DNA from: an uncultured Verrucomicrobiales bacterium
GTDB taxonomy: Bacteria; Verrucomicrobiota; Verrucomicrobiia; Verrucomicrobiales; DEV007
NCBI GenBank assembly: GCA_964542215.1
Contig: CAZITR010000001.1
Span: 1-43,859, forward strand
Length of the DNA: 43,859 bases
Reading direction: 5' to 3'
Shown here: positions 24,747 to 34,422 of the stretch, piece by piece
Position numbering within the stretch: the first letter of the stretch is position 1
Layout of the letters: every line of letters begins with the position of its first letter
Program-made: the position numbers and the translations under genes
The notes under the pieces: generated by a model
Seen by the model: only the letters and a program-made list of their open reading frames with translations
Told to the model about the DNA's origin: nothing
Databases searched by the model: none

Positions 24747-25520
24747 ATGGCAGAAACACCCGCAGTCGAGTTCGAAAATGTTTCCCGAAGCTTCAGCATC
24801 GGGCCGGTATTGGAGGATGTTTCATTTGCAATCGGCGCTGGCGAATCCACCTGCCTGATCGGGCCGAACGGCGGCGGGAAGACCACTTTGCTGCGCCTGA
24901 TGCTGGGACTGGTCAAGCCGAGCAGTGGATCCGTCCGCATCTTTGGCAAACGCCCTTCCAAAATGCGCCGCCGCATGGCCTATGTTCCCCAGCACATCCG
25001 CTTCGACCCACTCTTCCCTGTCAATGCCCTGGACATCGTCCTGATGGGGCGTCTCGACCACTTGCGCTTTGGGCGCTATTGTGATGATTGCAAAGCCACG
25101 GCCTACGAGGCTCTCGACACCCTCGGCCTCATGGACGCGGCCCACCAGCCCTTTGCCGATCTCTCGGGTGGCCAGCGCCAACGAACCCTGATCGCCCGTG
25201 CCCTGGCTTGCAAACCTGATCTGCTGCTGCTCGATGAACCCACCGCCAATATCGATCTATCGGTGGAGGCCCGCTTTCTCAGAACCCTCGCGGAACTCCG
25301 TGAACGCATGGGCATCATCATGGTGTCACATGACCACGACCTCATTTCCCACATCACCAGTGATAATGTGCTGTGTGTCAACCACCACGTCCATCGCCAC
25401 ACCGTCGCCGAACTCTCCGGCGATGTCATACGGGAAATCTACAGCGGTAGACACAGGATGGAACACGAACAAAAAACCCTCCACCGGCAGGGGGACCACA
25501 GCCACTGCGATCACTCCTGA
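24747..25520 (+). CDS. znuC: Metal ABC transporter ATP-binding protein.
   Basis: From the ATG at 24747. Walker A GPNGGGKTT, signature LSGGQRQR, Walker B LLLLDEP, H-loop VSHD. Confidence 0.85.
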   Translation: MAETPAVEFENVSRSFSIGPVLEDVSFAIGAGESTCLIGPNGGGKTTLLRLMLGLVKPSSGSVRIFGKRPSKMRRRMAYVPQHIRFDPLFPVNALDIVLMGRLDHLRFGRYCDDCKATAYEALDTLGLMDAAHQPFADLSGGQRQRTLIARALACKPDLLLLDEPTANIDLSVEARFLRTLAELRERMGIIMVSHDHDLISHITSDNVLCVNHHVHRHTVAELSGDVIREIYSGRHRMEHEQKTLHRQGDHSHCDHS

Positions 25521-25540
25521 ACCCTCGCGGAAACCAAGCG

Positions 25541-26395
25541 ATGCTCGATTTTTTCACAGCCCTCTTCGACCCCGCCGTCGGTTTCCTGCGCTACGCGCTG
25601 TTGGCGGGTTTGATCGCATCGGTGACCTTCGGCATCGTCGGCAGTTATGTCGTCGCCCGGCGCATCAGCTACATCGCCGCGGCGATCGCCCACAGCGTGC
25701 TCGGCGGCATCGGTGCCGCACTCTATTTCCAGCGCAGCCACGGCTTGGACTGGCTCACCCCCACCATCGGTGCCCTGGCAGCCGCCCTGCTCTCGGCCTT
25801 GGTCATCGGTATCGTCAGCCTGACGGCCAAAGAAAGGGAGGACACCATCATCAGCGCCATCTGGGCGGGCGGTATGGCGACGGGCCTGCTTTTCCTCCAT
25901 TTCACCCCGCCCCCGGCAGTCGCCCTCGAGAGCTACATTTTCGGCAACATCCTGTTCACCACCCGCTCCGACCTCATCATCGCGACCATACTGGGCGCTG
26001 TGGCAGTGGGAATCAGCCTTCTGTTTTTCAATAAACTGCTGGCGGTCTGTTTTGATGAGGAATTCGCCCGCCTGCGGGGGGTGAACGCCTCCTTTTATTA
26101 TCTCCTGCTGCTTTGTCTGGTGGGGATTTGCGTGGTCTTGTTGGTTCAACTCGCCGGGATCATCCTCGCTATCGCCCTCATCGTCCTGCCGGCCGCCACC
26201 GCCGGTCGCCTGACAAAACGACTGGCGAATACCATGCTTTTCGCCGTTGTCCTGTCGATGCTCTGCACTACGGGGGGACTGCTCTTGAGCTACACCACCG
26301 AGACCCCGACCGGCCCCGTCATCGTCCTGATCGCCACTGTTTTGTACCTCCTCAGTCTACCGTTCACTTTCCGCCGGCACCGCAAACGATCCTAG
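25541..26395 (+). CDS. znuB: Metal ABC transporter permease (ABC-3 family).
   Basis: 284 aa, polytopic and hydrophobic throughout, immediately downstream of znuA and znuC. Confidence 0.85.
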   Translation: MLDFFTALFDPAVGFLRYALLAGLIASVTFGIVGSYVVARRISYIAAAIAHSVLGGIGAALYFQRSHGLDWLTPTIGALAAALLSALVIGIVSLTAKEREDTIISAIWAGGMATGLLFLHFTPPPAVALESYIFGNILFTTRSDLIIATILGAVAVGISLLFFNKLLAVCFDEEFARLRGVNASFYYLLLLCLVGICVVLLVQLAGIILAIALIVLPAATAGRLTKRLANTMLFAVVLSMLCTTGGLLLSYTTETPTGPVIVLIATVLYLLSLPFTFRRHRKRS

Positions 26396-26403
26396 TTATT
26401 GGG

Positions 26404-27750
26404 TTATTTCCCCTCCACCCCCTCCCGCCAGCGCATGAGTTCGCGCGTCAGCCCTGGTTCGACGGTTTTGCCCACCGGTTCATTGATGATGTTCTCCATC
26501 TCGTGGGGATCCCGCTCGAGGTCAAACAATTGACGCTCCCCGGTGACCAGGTGCTGGACCAATTTGTAGCGATCGGTCCGGACCATCCGTGTCACGGTAT
26601 CGCGGCGGGGGTCATCGTAGGAACAAAACAACCTCTTGCGCGCCTTGCCGCTACCCTCGTAGAGACCGAGCAGGCTTTGCCCCTCGACATTTGCCGGAAT
26701 GGCAATGCCTGCGGTTTCGCAAAGAGTCGGGAAGATATCGATCGTGCTCACCAGTGACGAGTTGACCTTGGCCGCCGGGCGCAGAGTTGGATGCCGCACG
26801 ATCAAAGTACTGCGAACCCCTTCCTCATACATCGTCTGTTTGCCGATGATACCGTGCGAGCCCATCGACAAACCCTTCACACTGGCGAAGATCACCAAGG
26901 TGTTATGATCGAGCTTTTTCCGCTTGAGCGCCGCCAGCAGCCGCCCGATCTGGTCGTCCATGTGCTCGAACATCGCATAGTACTCCGCCGTCGCCCTACG
27001 GATGGACGCCTCGGTCCGCGGGAAGGGAATCACCGTCTCGTCACGGATCTTCGGATTGAACTGTTGGAACGGTGGCCGGGGCATGTAGTTTGGCGGCAAA
27101 GGGATTTCATTGGCGGCGTATTTTCTCCCGTACCCGGGCGGTGCCAGGAAGACATCGTGCCCAACCGTATAGGCCACCACCATGCAGAAGGGCCGCTCGT
27201 GCTCGCCTTCGATGTACTCCACCGCGTCATCGGTGAACACGGTCGTCGAATAGTCGTCGGCAGTTTCCCGGTCCTCCGCGCTTCCACCAAAGGGAGTCAA
27301 GGCCAGTTCGAAGTGGTCAAACTTGCCCCCGGCCCAGCACCGCCCGCCGGTGGTGAAACCGCGGGTCCAGGGTTTGCCGTCACTGTGCCATTTGCCGGAA
27401 AAATAGGTTTCGTAGCCATTCACCGCCATCACACTGGGGAAAAAAGGGGAACTCCACCTGACCTTTTTGCCGTTGAACGTCACCCCGTTGGTCCAACTGT
27501 CCTGCCCCGTATAAATGCAGGCCCGGGCGGCCATGCAAATCGGGTTGGGTGAAAAACAACGGTTGAAATAAACCCCCTCGGCAGCCAGCTGGTCGAGATT
27601 GGGCGTCCGTATCGCCCCGTTGCCCGAGGCACCGAGCGCCCGGTAGTTGTGGTCGTCACTGAGGATCAGCAAAACATTCGGCCGTTGGTCTGCAAAACCT
27701 ATCGCCGTGACAAGTGCGGAAAATAGGAAAAAGGCAAAAAGGGGTTTCAT
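26404..27750 (-). CDS. Secreted Cys-type sulfatase.
   Basis: From the ATG at 27750: MKPLFAFFLFSALVTAIGFA signal, then NVLLILSDDH. The formylglycine motif variant is C-M-A-A-R in PICMAARACIYTGQ. Confidence 0.85.
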   Translation of the reverse strand: MKPLFAFFLFSALVTAIGFADQRPNVLLILSDDHNYRALGASGNGAIRTPNLDQLAAEGVYFNRCFSPNPICMAARACIYTGQDSWTNGVTFNGKKVRWSSPFFPSVMAVNGYETYFSGKWHSDGKPWTRGFTTGGRCWAGGKFDHFELALTPFGGSAEDRETADDYSTTVFTDDAVEYIEGEHERPFCMVVAYTVGHDVFLAPPGYGRKYAANEIPLPPNYMPRPPFQQFNPKIRDETVIPFPRTEASIRRATAEYYAMFEHMDDQIGRLLAALKRKKLDHNTLVIFASVKGLSMGSHGIIGKQTMYEEGVRSTLIVRHPTLRPAAKVNSSLVSTIDIFPTLCETAGIAIPANVEGQSLLGLYEGSGKARKRLFCSYDDPRRDTVTRMVRTDRYKLVQHLVTGERQLFDLERDPHEMENIINEPVGKTVEPGLTRELMRWREGVEGK

Positions 27751-27900
27751 GGGGATGGGAGTTGCGGATTTTCCAAAACCTATCGTCAGGCTCCAACCAG
27801 ACGTCGCCCGTGTCAAACGGCAGGGAATCTGTCCGTCAGTTCGATGCCACCCGCGATCCACTCTCGATCGCCACGGGTCCACCTTTCATCAACACCAACC

Positions 27901-29364
27901 TCACTGCGTTCCCAAATCCAGGTCGTTCGTCCGGACTTCCTTCAACTTGGCGGCCATCTTCACTTTGAACTCCCCCACCACATCCTGGTATTCCGGTTTC
28001 TCGGCGAGATTGGTGAATTGCTTGGGATCCTCCTCCATATCGAACAGCTCGATCCCCTTGCCTGCGTCCTCCCCGTACTGGATGTAGGACCATTGCTGCT
28101 CGCGCAGCAGGAAACCCTTGCGCGACGGGGCCACACTGAAGGCCGCCTCGCGGACTTTGTGGCTCGGGTCATCCAGCATCTTGGCGATATTCTTGCCCTG
28201 CAGACGGTCGGGAACCTCCAAGCCACAGAGGCTGGCGATCGTCGGGTACAAATCCAATAACTCGACAAAGGAATCACACACCGCCGGCTCTTTCCCCGGC
28301 ACGCTGATGATCAAGGGCACCCCCGAGGACTCGTCGCGCAGGCTGACTTTCTCCCAGAACCCGTGCTCGCCCAGATGGTAACCATGGTCGGAGGTGAAAA
28401 TCACGATGGTCTTGTCCTCCAGGCCCGCTTTTTTCAACGCGGCCATCACCTTGCCCACCTGGGCATCCATAAAGGCTACCGAGGCGTAATACGCTCCCAA
28501 AGCCTTTTTCTGGCGGCGGACGTCGAGTTGCATATTGACGTTGTTCTTGTAGTTGATCCCGGCCTTGGGAATGTCGTCCCAGTCGCCCTCCACCTGCTCG
28601 GGTAAAACCATTTTGCTGTAGGGCAGATACGGTTCATAATAGGGCTTTGGCGCCACAAAGGGCACATGGGGACGCACAAAGCCGACCCCGAGCCAAAACG
28701 GCCTGTCCTTGTGTTGTTCGATCAGTTCCGCCGCCTTGGCCGCGGTCTTGCCGTCGGAATGCACCAGATCATCGCCCTCGGCCTCGACCACCACCATCGT
28801 GTTCTGCCCCATCAGGGGTTTGGTCCCGTCGGGGTTATTCTCCAGGTTCTCGCCTTTCCCCTCGGCCATCCATTCCGGTCCCGGACTGTTGAACCGCTCC
28901 GTCCAGGACAACTCGTCATCGGCACCGTTGTAGTGGTTGGTCTTTTCGGGATCGGCACCGTATTCGATCCCCCCCGGCACCCCCATGTGGTAGATCTTGC
29001 TGACCCGCGCTGTGTAGTAGCCGCTGTTTTTGAAATGCTGCGGCCAGGTGGCGCGTTCACCGATCTGTGGCCGCGGGCTCTTGTACCCCATCACCCCGGT
29101 GGCGTGCGGGTAATACCCCGACAGGAAGGAGGCCCGCGACGGCCCGCAGTAGGTCGCCTGGCAGTAGGCCTGGGTGAAGCGCGTGCCGCGTGCGGCGAGG
29201 GCATCGATGTTGGGGGTCTCACAGACCGTGTTGCCGTAGCAGGAGAGAGCGGTCGCGGTGAGGTCATCGGAGATGATGAACAACACATTGTATTTTTCCT
29301 CCTGGGAGGAAAGTGTCGCACAAAAGGCCAGCAAGCTGAGGGTGGTGAGGAGAAATGTTTTCAT
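27901..29364 (-). CDS. Secreted Cys-type sulfatase (iduronate-2-sulfatase-like).
   Basis: From the ATG at 29364: MKTFLLTTLSLLAFCATLSS signal, NVLFIISDDL, formylglycine motif CGPSRASFLSG, SDHGYHLGEH. Confidence 0.85.
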   Translation of the reverse strand: MKTFLLTTLSLLAFCATLSSQEEKYNVLFIISDDLTATALSCYGNTVCETPNIDALAARGTRFTQAYCQATYCGPSRASFLSGYYPHATGVMGYKSPRPQIGERATWPQHFKNSGYYTARVSKIYHMGVPGGIEYGADPEKTNHYNGADDELSWTERFNSPGPEWMAEGKGENLENNPDGTKPLMGQNTMVVVEAEGDDLVHSDGKTAAKAAELIEQHKDRPFWLGVGFVRPHVPFVAPKPYYEPYLPYSKMVLPEQVEGDWDDIPKAGINYKNNVNMQLDVRRQKKALGAYYASVAFMDAQVGKVMAALKKAGLEDKTIVIFTSDHGYHLGEHGFWEKVSLRDESSGVPLIISVPGKEPAVCDSFVELLDLYPTIASLCGLEVPDRLQGKNIAKMLDDPSHKVREAAFSVAPSRKGFLLREQQWSYIQYGEDAGKGIELFDMEEDPKQFTNLAEKPEYQDVVGEFKVKMAAKLKEVRTNDLDLGTQ

Positions 29365-29461
29365 AGTGCTCTGAAGGAAGGGAAAGATAACCACGGATTC
29401 CACAGATTTACACAAAGAAAATCCGGCGGATTTTGAGTGCATCCTGCCTTGGATGCTTGCT

Positions 29462-29896
29462 TCATTTGGGACGTAACTCCGACGAGCCCCCCTTCCTGCT
29501 GTTGCAAGTTAAACGAAAAGAGAAAACCGCGATCCAAACAGCCATTGTGTCGAGAACCATCCAGACTGGAAATATCGCGACTATCATTTTTCCTCCGAAG
29601 CCACTGGCAAACGATGGAAACAAGCTCATCTGCTCTCGAAAACTCGGTGCAATGTAACCTATTCCAAACGTCTTGGGCTGATACCCCCTTTCGGCAAAGG
29701 CTTCCCACCAATGGAAAAAACCTCCAGGGGCTTTTGAAAAATTGATATTTTCCCCAGAAGTCGAAATACCAAAATCAACCCCAAACAAGGTAAGCCATAC
29801 TGTGCCAGTGTCAGCATAGGCCGCCACAACAAAAAGTGTAACCCCAATTGCCAAGGACGCCAAAACTGCGGTTCTCCCTTTCATCATCCTAGCCAA
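29462..29896 (-). CDS. Hypothetical small membrane protein.
   Basis: 144-aa ORF with N- and C-terminal hydrophobic segments. I recognise no family. Coding status is uncertain. Confidence 0.3.
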   Translation of the reverse strand: MARMMKGRTAVLASLAIGVTLFVVAAYADTGTVWLTLFGVDFGISTSGENINFSKAPGGFFHWWEAFAERGYQPKTFGIGYIAPSFREQMSLFPSFASGFGGKMIVAIFPVWMVLDTMAVWIAVFSFRLTCNSRKGGSSELRPK

Positions 29897-30152
29897 ATCC
29901 TATCCATTCCCCCATAAACCCGTCAAGCTTGCTACTAATCGCCGAAGGTACGTCCTTGCCCATTTTCCTCCTATCCCTGTCGATCCGAGCCCATCCGTGG
30001 TTCCATTTCTTCCACCTATCCGTATTCACCCGTGGTCCCATTTATTTTTTCAGGCTGGGCGCGGCGCCCCCCTGGGGACGGATTTTCCTGCCCTCCCGTG
30101 TTTTTGAAGCTTGCGACGGCGGCCATTCGGATTGAGGTAGGGTCTGTCAATA

Positions 30153-31940
30153 ATGGAAACTTGGTTAGTCTTTCTCACCGCATTGGTCGCCATAGGCATT
30201 TTTGCCCAATGGGTCGCCTGGCGTTTCCGGATTCCCTCCATCCTGGTGCTGCTGGCTTTTGGATTCATAGCCGGCCAGTACTACGACCAAAAGGCGCTGC
30301 TGGAGAATGAGGCGCTGTTTGCCCTGGTATCACTGTCTGTGGCCATCATCATGCTCGAAGGTGGCCTGACCCTGCGGTTCAAGGAATTGAAAGAAGCCGG
30401 CACTCCCCTGTTTCGTTTGACCAGTCTCGGGGCGGCCATCACCTGGGTATTGGGCTCTGTCTTAATCTGGTTGCTGGGTGGGTTCTCGGTCAGGGTTTCC
30501 ATTCTGGTGGGTGCCATCCTGGTGGTGACTGGCCCCACGGTCATCGGCCCCTTGCTGCAGAGTATCAGGCCGCGGCGCAGGTTACAGAATATCCTCAAAT
30601 GGGAGGGGATTGTCATTGATCCGATCGGCGCGATCCTGAGTGTCCTGGTCTACAGTGCCCTATTTGGCTATGACTACGATGCCGCCTCCTGGACAGAAGT
30701 CGTCGCCAATCTCGGCATCACTTTGTTGATCGGGTTTGGCATGGGCTGGGTGGCGGCCCGCGGCCTGGTCTTTATGTTGCAGCGCCATTGGATCCCCGAC
30801 TTTCTCCAAAGTGTGGTCACCCTGGCCACTGCGCTCACCTTGTTCACCCTGTCGAATTTTTTCCAGCACGAAAGCGGCTTGTTGACGGTGACCGTCCTGG
30901 GAATTTGCCTGACCAACCAGGCACAGGCCAAGATCCGGCACATTATCGAGTTCAAAGAGAACCTTAGGATCTTCCTGATCTCCTGTTTGTTCATCGTCCT
31001 GGGGGGGAGGGTCGCGTGGCCCGACTTGCTCGCGGTGTGGAAAGAAACCGCCATCCTGCTACTGGCCTTCATCCTGGTGGTGAGGCCAGCGGCAGTTTTT
31101 CTAAGCTTGATGGGTAGCGAAGTATCGACCAAGGAAAAAACATTTCTCGCTTTGCTAGCCCCGCGCGGGATTGTGGCGGCGGCGGTCTCGGCGATTTTCG
31201 CCCTGGAGCTGGGGAAACACGGGGGGCTGTGGCAAGCCGAGGCGGACAAAATCGTCCCGCTGGTGTTTGGCATGATCTTTGGCACCGTGACCTTTTACGG
31301 TTTGCTGGCCGCGCCGCTGGCCAAAAAACTGGATCTGGCGACTCCGAATCCCCAGGGGATTCTATTTGCCGGGGTGAGCCCTTGGTCCGTCCAGGCGGGG
31401 GTGGTCCTGAAGGAGGCGGGGTTCCGGGTGGTGATGATCGACTCCAACTACCAGGCATCCAAGACGGCTCGGATGGCGGGGTTGGAAACGGTGACCGCCA
31501 ATGTATTGTCGGACTTCGCCGTGGAGGATATCGACCTGTCCGGAATCGGGCGCTTCCTGGCAGTGACCCCCAATGACGATGTCAACTCCCTGGCCTGTAT
31601 CGGGTTTGCCCATGCATTGGGACGTTCCAATGTCTACCAACTGCCACCCAGTGCTGCCGAAGAAAGTGATCGCAAGGGAGTTTCCGGAGAACTCTCCGGC
31701 AGGTATTTGCTTGCCGAACCAACCAATTCCAGTTCACTATACCATTTGGCAGAGGGAGAATTTGTGATCAAATCGACTCGCATCACCGAAGAGTTCGCCA
31801 TGGCGGATTTTTTCCAAACCCACGGTGAGAGTGCCGTGCCGCTGTTCATTATCCGCCAGAACGGGAACTTGGACGTGATGACCTCTGAAACTCCCGAGGC
31901 CAGGGAAGGCGATACTTTGCTGGGTCTGGTTCCGCTTTGA
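30153..31940 (+). CDS. Cation:proton antiporter (CPA1/NhaP-like) with a C-terminal soluble regulatory region.
   Basis: 595 aa. About 400 aa of polytopic membrane domain typical of Na+/H+ exchangers, then a soluble domain (GILFAGVSPWSVQAGVVLKEAGFRVVMID) resembling an RCK/TrkA-N fold. Confidence 0.8.
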   Translation: METWLVFLTALVAIGIFAQWVAWRFRIPSILVLLAFGFIAGQYYDQKALLENEALFALVSLSVAIIMLEGGLTLRFKELKEAGTPLFRLTSLGAAITWVLGSVLIWLLGGFSVRVSILVGAILVVTGPTVIGPLLQSIRPRRRLQNILKWEGIVIDPIGAILSVLVYSALFGYDYDAASWTEVVANLGITLLIGFGMGWVAARGLVFMLQRHWIPDFLQSVVTLATALTLFTLSNFFQHESGLLTVTVLGICLTNQAQAKIRHIIEFKENLRIFLISCLFIVLGGRVAWPDLLAVWKETAILLLAFILVVRPAAVFLSLMGSEVSTKEKTFLALLAPRGIVAAAVSAIFALELGKHGGLWQAEADKIVPLVFGMIFGTVTFYGLLAAPLAKKLDLATPNPQGILFAGVSPWSVQAGVVLKEAGFRVVMIDSNYQASKTARMAGLETVTANVLSDFAVEDIDLSGIGRFLAVTPNDDVNSLACIGFAHALGRSNVYQLPPSAAEESDRKGVSGELSGRYLLAEPTNSSSLYHLAEGEFVIKSTRITEEFAMADFFQTHGESAVPLFIIRQNGNLDVMTSETPEAREGDTLLGLVPL

Positions 31941-31948
31941 CCTTTCCA

Positions 31949-32737
31949 ATGATGATCTGGGACCTCCATTGTCATATCAACCTCCGTCTCGATGGCTCCC
32001 CCGCCGAAAAGGCGGCCCGTCTGATCGAAGTCGGCGACCGCCACGGCATCGAACGCTATTGCATTTTTTTGGGAACCGGGAAACGGGAACCCGATCCCAG
32101 CCCCGACGAGCTAAAAAATCACAACAACGATATCCTCGGGGCACTTGCGGCCCATCCCGACCGTCTGTTGGGTTTTGTCTACCTGAATCCCAACCATGTG
32201 CAGGGAAGCCTCGACGAACTGGAGCGCTGTGTCGCCGACGGCCCGATGACCGGGGTCAAACTTCTGGCCGCGCGCAAATGCTCCGATCCGCGGATCGATC
32301 CCATCATCCAGCGTGCCGCCGAGCTGGGCGCGGTCATTTTCCAGCACACCTGGGACAAGGCCGGCGGCAATCTGCCCGCCGAGTCGACTCCCACGGACAT
32401 GGCGGTCCTGGCCGCACGCTTTCCGGAGGTGCCGCTCATCTGTGGACATAGCGGCGGCAACTGGGAACGCGGTATCGCCGCCGTGCGGGACAGCCCCAAC
32501 GTGTCGCTCGGTTTCGGAGGGTTCGACCCCACCGCCGGGGCGACGGAAATGGCAGTCCATGAGCTAGGCGCAGAACGGGTGCTCTACGGCAGCGACGTTC
32601 CGGGGCGTTCCTTTGCCTCCCAGCTTGCCAAAATCCTGGATGCCCGGATCTCCCCGCGAGAAAAAAAACTCATCCTCGGCCAGAACCTCAAACAAATGAT
32701 GGCCCCCATTTTATGGGCCAAGGGGATCGGGGTCTAG
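31949..32737 (+). CDS. Metal-dependent amidohydrolase-fold (TIM barrel) hydrolase.
   Basis: From the ATG at 31949: MMIWDLHCHIN (HxH metal motif), FQHTWD, GHSGG, YGSDVP. The substrate is unknown. Confidence 0.65.
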   Translation: MMIWDLHCHINLRLDGSPAEKAARLIEVGDRHGIERYCIFLGTGKREPDPSPDELKNHNNDILGALAAHPDRLLGFVYLNPNHVQGSLDELERCVADGPMTGVKLLAARKCSDPRIDPIIQRAAELGAVIFQHTWDKAGGNLPAESTPTDMAVLAARFPEVPLICGHSGGNWERGIAAVRDSPNVSLGFGGFDPTAGATEMAVHELGAERVLYGSDVPGRSFASQLAKILDARISPREKKLILGQNLKQMMAPILWAKGIGV

Positions 32738-32853
32738 GCTTTTGGCAATCAGTCCAGCTGCCTATTTGCCCCCTTCATCCCTTCCAGGGACCATGAAAAA
32801 CATTTCGATTTTTCTTTTCAATAGCTTTGTTATACGGCTATCGTCATCCATAG

Positions 32854-34248
32854 ATGAAGCAAGTGGCAACATTTTGGACACTGGTGGTAATCATTACTGC
32901 CGGGGCCATGGGTTTCCCCGCCGCCGCGGAAGAGAGCGGAAAGAGAGAATTTTCCCTTGCGGTGAAGCTGGAAGTACAGCCTCTCCTACTTGCTTATCTC
33001 AAAGCCCGCCAGGCGCAGACCAAGGAGCTTGCCAGCAAATATGCCCGGGTGCTGGAGGCGCGGCTCGCCAAAGCGGCTGACGCCGGGGATTTGAACACCG
33101 CCGCCGCATTCCAGGGCGAGAAAAAGAAGCTCGACGGGCTTGGGAAAGTTTTCGCCGGGGAGTTGGAAAACCCGGCACTGGCGGCAAGGGCGGGCGCCGC
33201 CTTGCCCGACTTGGAGGCCGGCACGCCCGGGGGACTGGTGGCTTTGCGACAAATTTGGACGAATGAATGGCTGAAAATCCGGGCCAAGCTGGACAGGGAA
33301 CTCCAACAATCGTTGAAAAAACTTGAAACCGATTTGACCAAGGCGCGCGATTTTGAACACGCAAAGGAGATTCTCGCCTACCGCGAATCGCTGTTGTCCA
33401 ACTCACCAGCCGCCAGCGCCGCAGCCGCAGCCAAAAATCCGCAAGGGACTGCTTCGCCTGCTAGCGGGATGAAAAACGGGGCAACCGCCTCCGCGACCAT
33501 GGAGAGTCCGTTTGAAAACAGCCTGGGGATGCGTTTTGTGCCGGTCCCGATCGCCGGCGGCCCGACCAATGGACATCGGGTGTTGTTCAGTATCTGGGAA
33601 ACCAGAGTCAAGGACTACGCCGTTTTTGTCAGGAAAAACCGCGACATCGATTGGCCGGATCCCCCCTTCCCCCAGAAGAGCAATCATCCGGCGGTGAATG
33701 TGAGCTGGAACGAGGCGGTGGCATTTTGTGCCTGGTTGACCGATCTCGACCGGGAGGAGGGTCTGCTGGGGAGAGAGGAAGCTTACCGCCTGCCCACCGA
33801 TCATGAATGGAGTTGTGCGGTGGGGATCGGGGCGAGGGAAAACGCCGCGGCCAGCCCTATTTCAAAAAGCCGGAAGAACGAGGGCGTGTTCCCCTGGGGT
33901 GCTGGATTCCCGCCGCCCAGTGGGTCGGGGAACTACAACGGGGAAGAGGCCGATGGGGATCCCCAGGTTCCGTTAAGCCCCATTGCCGGGTACGACGATG
34001 GCTTTGTCCACACCTCGCCGGTGGGGAGTTTTCAGCCGAACCGATTCGGACTCTACGACTTGGGCGGCAATGTGTGGGAATGGTGCCAGGATTGGCAAAT
34101 CCCCAACGAGAAAAGAATCCTACGAGGTGCCGCCTTCATCTGGAACTCCCCCATCGCCCTGCTTTCTTCCAACCGGGGCGGGCAGCTGGCGGACAAACAA
34201 CTCCATTCAGCCGGGTTCCGGGTTGTCATCGCCCCGATCCAAAAATAA
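32854..34248 (+). CDS. Secreted protein with an N-terminal helical region and a C-terminal SUMF1/FGE (formylglycine-generating-enzyme-like) domain.
   Basis: Signal-like N-terminus. FENSLGMRFVPVP, PAVNVSWNEAVAFCAWL, YRLPTDHEW, FGLYDLGGNVWEWCQD and ILRGAAF are typical of the FGE-sulfatase domain family. Confidence 0.8.
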   Translation: MKQVATFWTLVVIITAGAMGFPAAAEESGKREFSLAVKLEVQPLLLAYLKARQAQTKELASKYARVLEARLAKAADAGDLNTAAAFQGEKKKLDGLGKVFAGELENPALAARAGAALPDLEAGTPGGLVALRQIWTNEWLKIRAKLDRELQQSLKKLETDLTKARDFEHAKEILAYRESLLSNSPAASAAAAAKNPQGTASPASGMKNGATASATMESPFENSLGMRFVPVPIAGGPTNGHRVLFSIWETRVKDYAVFVRKNRDIDWPDPPFPQKSNHPAVNVSWNEAVAFCAWLTDLDREEGLLGREEAYRLPTDHEWSCAVGIGARENAAASPISKSRKNEGVFPWGAGFPPPSGSGNYNGEEADGDPQVPLSPIAGYDDGFVHTSPVGSFQPNRFGLYDLGGNVWEWCQDWQIPNEKRILRGAAFIWNSPIALLSSNRGGQLADKQLHSAGFRVVIAPIQK

Positions 34249-34422
34249 ACAGTTGGAGCAGATTCACAGGATGGACCAAGGGACCACGCGCCAGGCCGCT
34301 GAGTAGCCTGTTTGGCCACCACAGGCGAACCTCCCCCATTGAGCGAGTACCCATTCGTCGTCCAGAATTGCCGCCACTACCCTGACTACTGTGCGAACCT
34401 CCAACAAACTGTTTCCCCCCGG

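Noticed and set aside
26404-34248. The two sulfatases plus the SUMF1/FGE-domain protein, considered as a special sulfatase-maturation system.
   Set aside because: The genes are separated by unrelated genes (antiporter, amidohydrolase) and lie on different strands. Such genes are very abundant in PVC-type genomes. This looks like ordinary glycan-degradation content rather than a discrete system.
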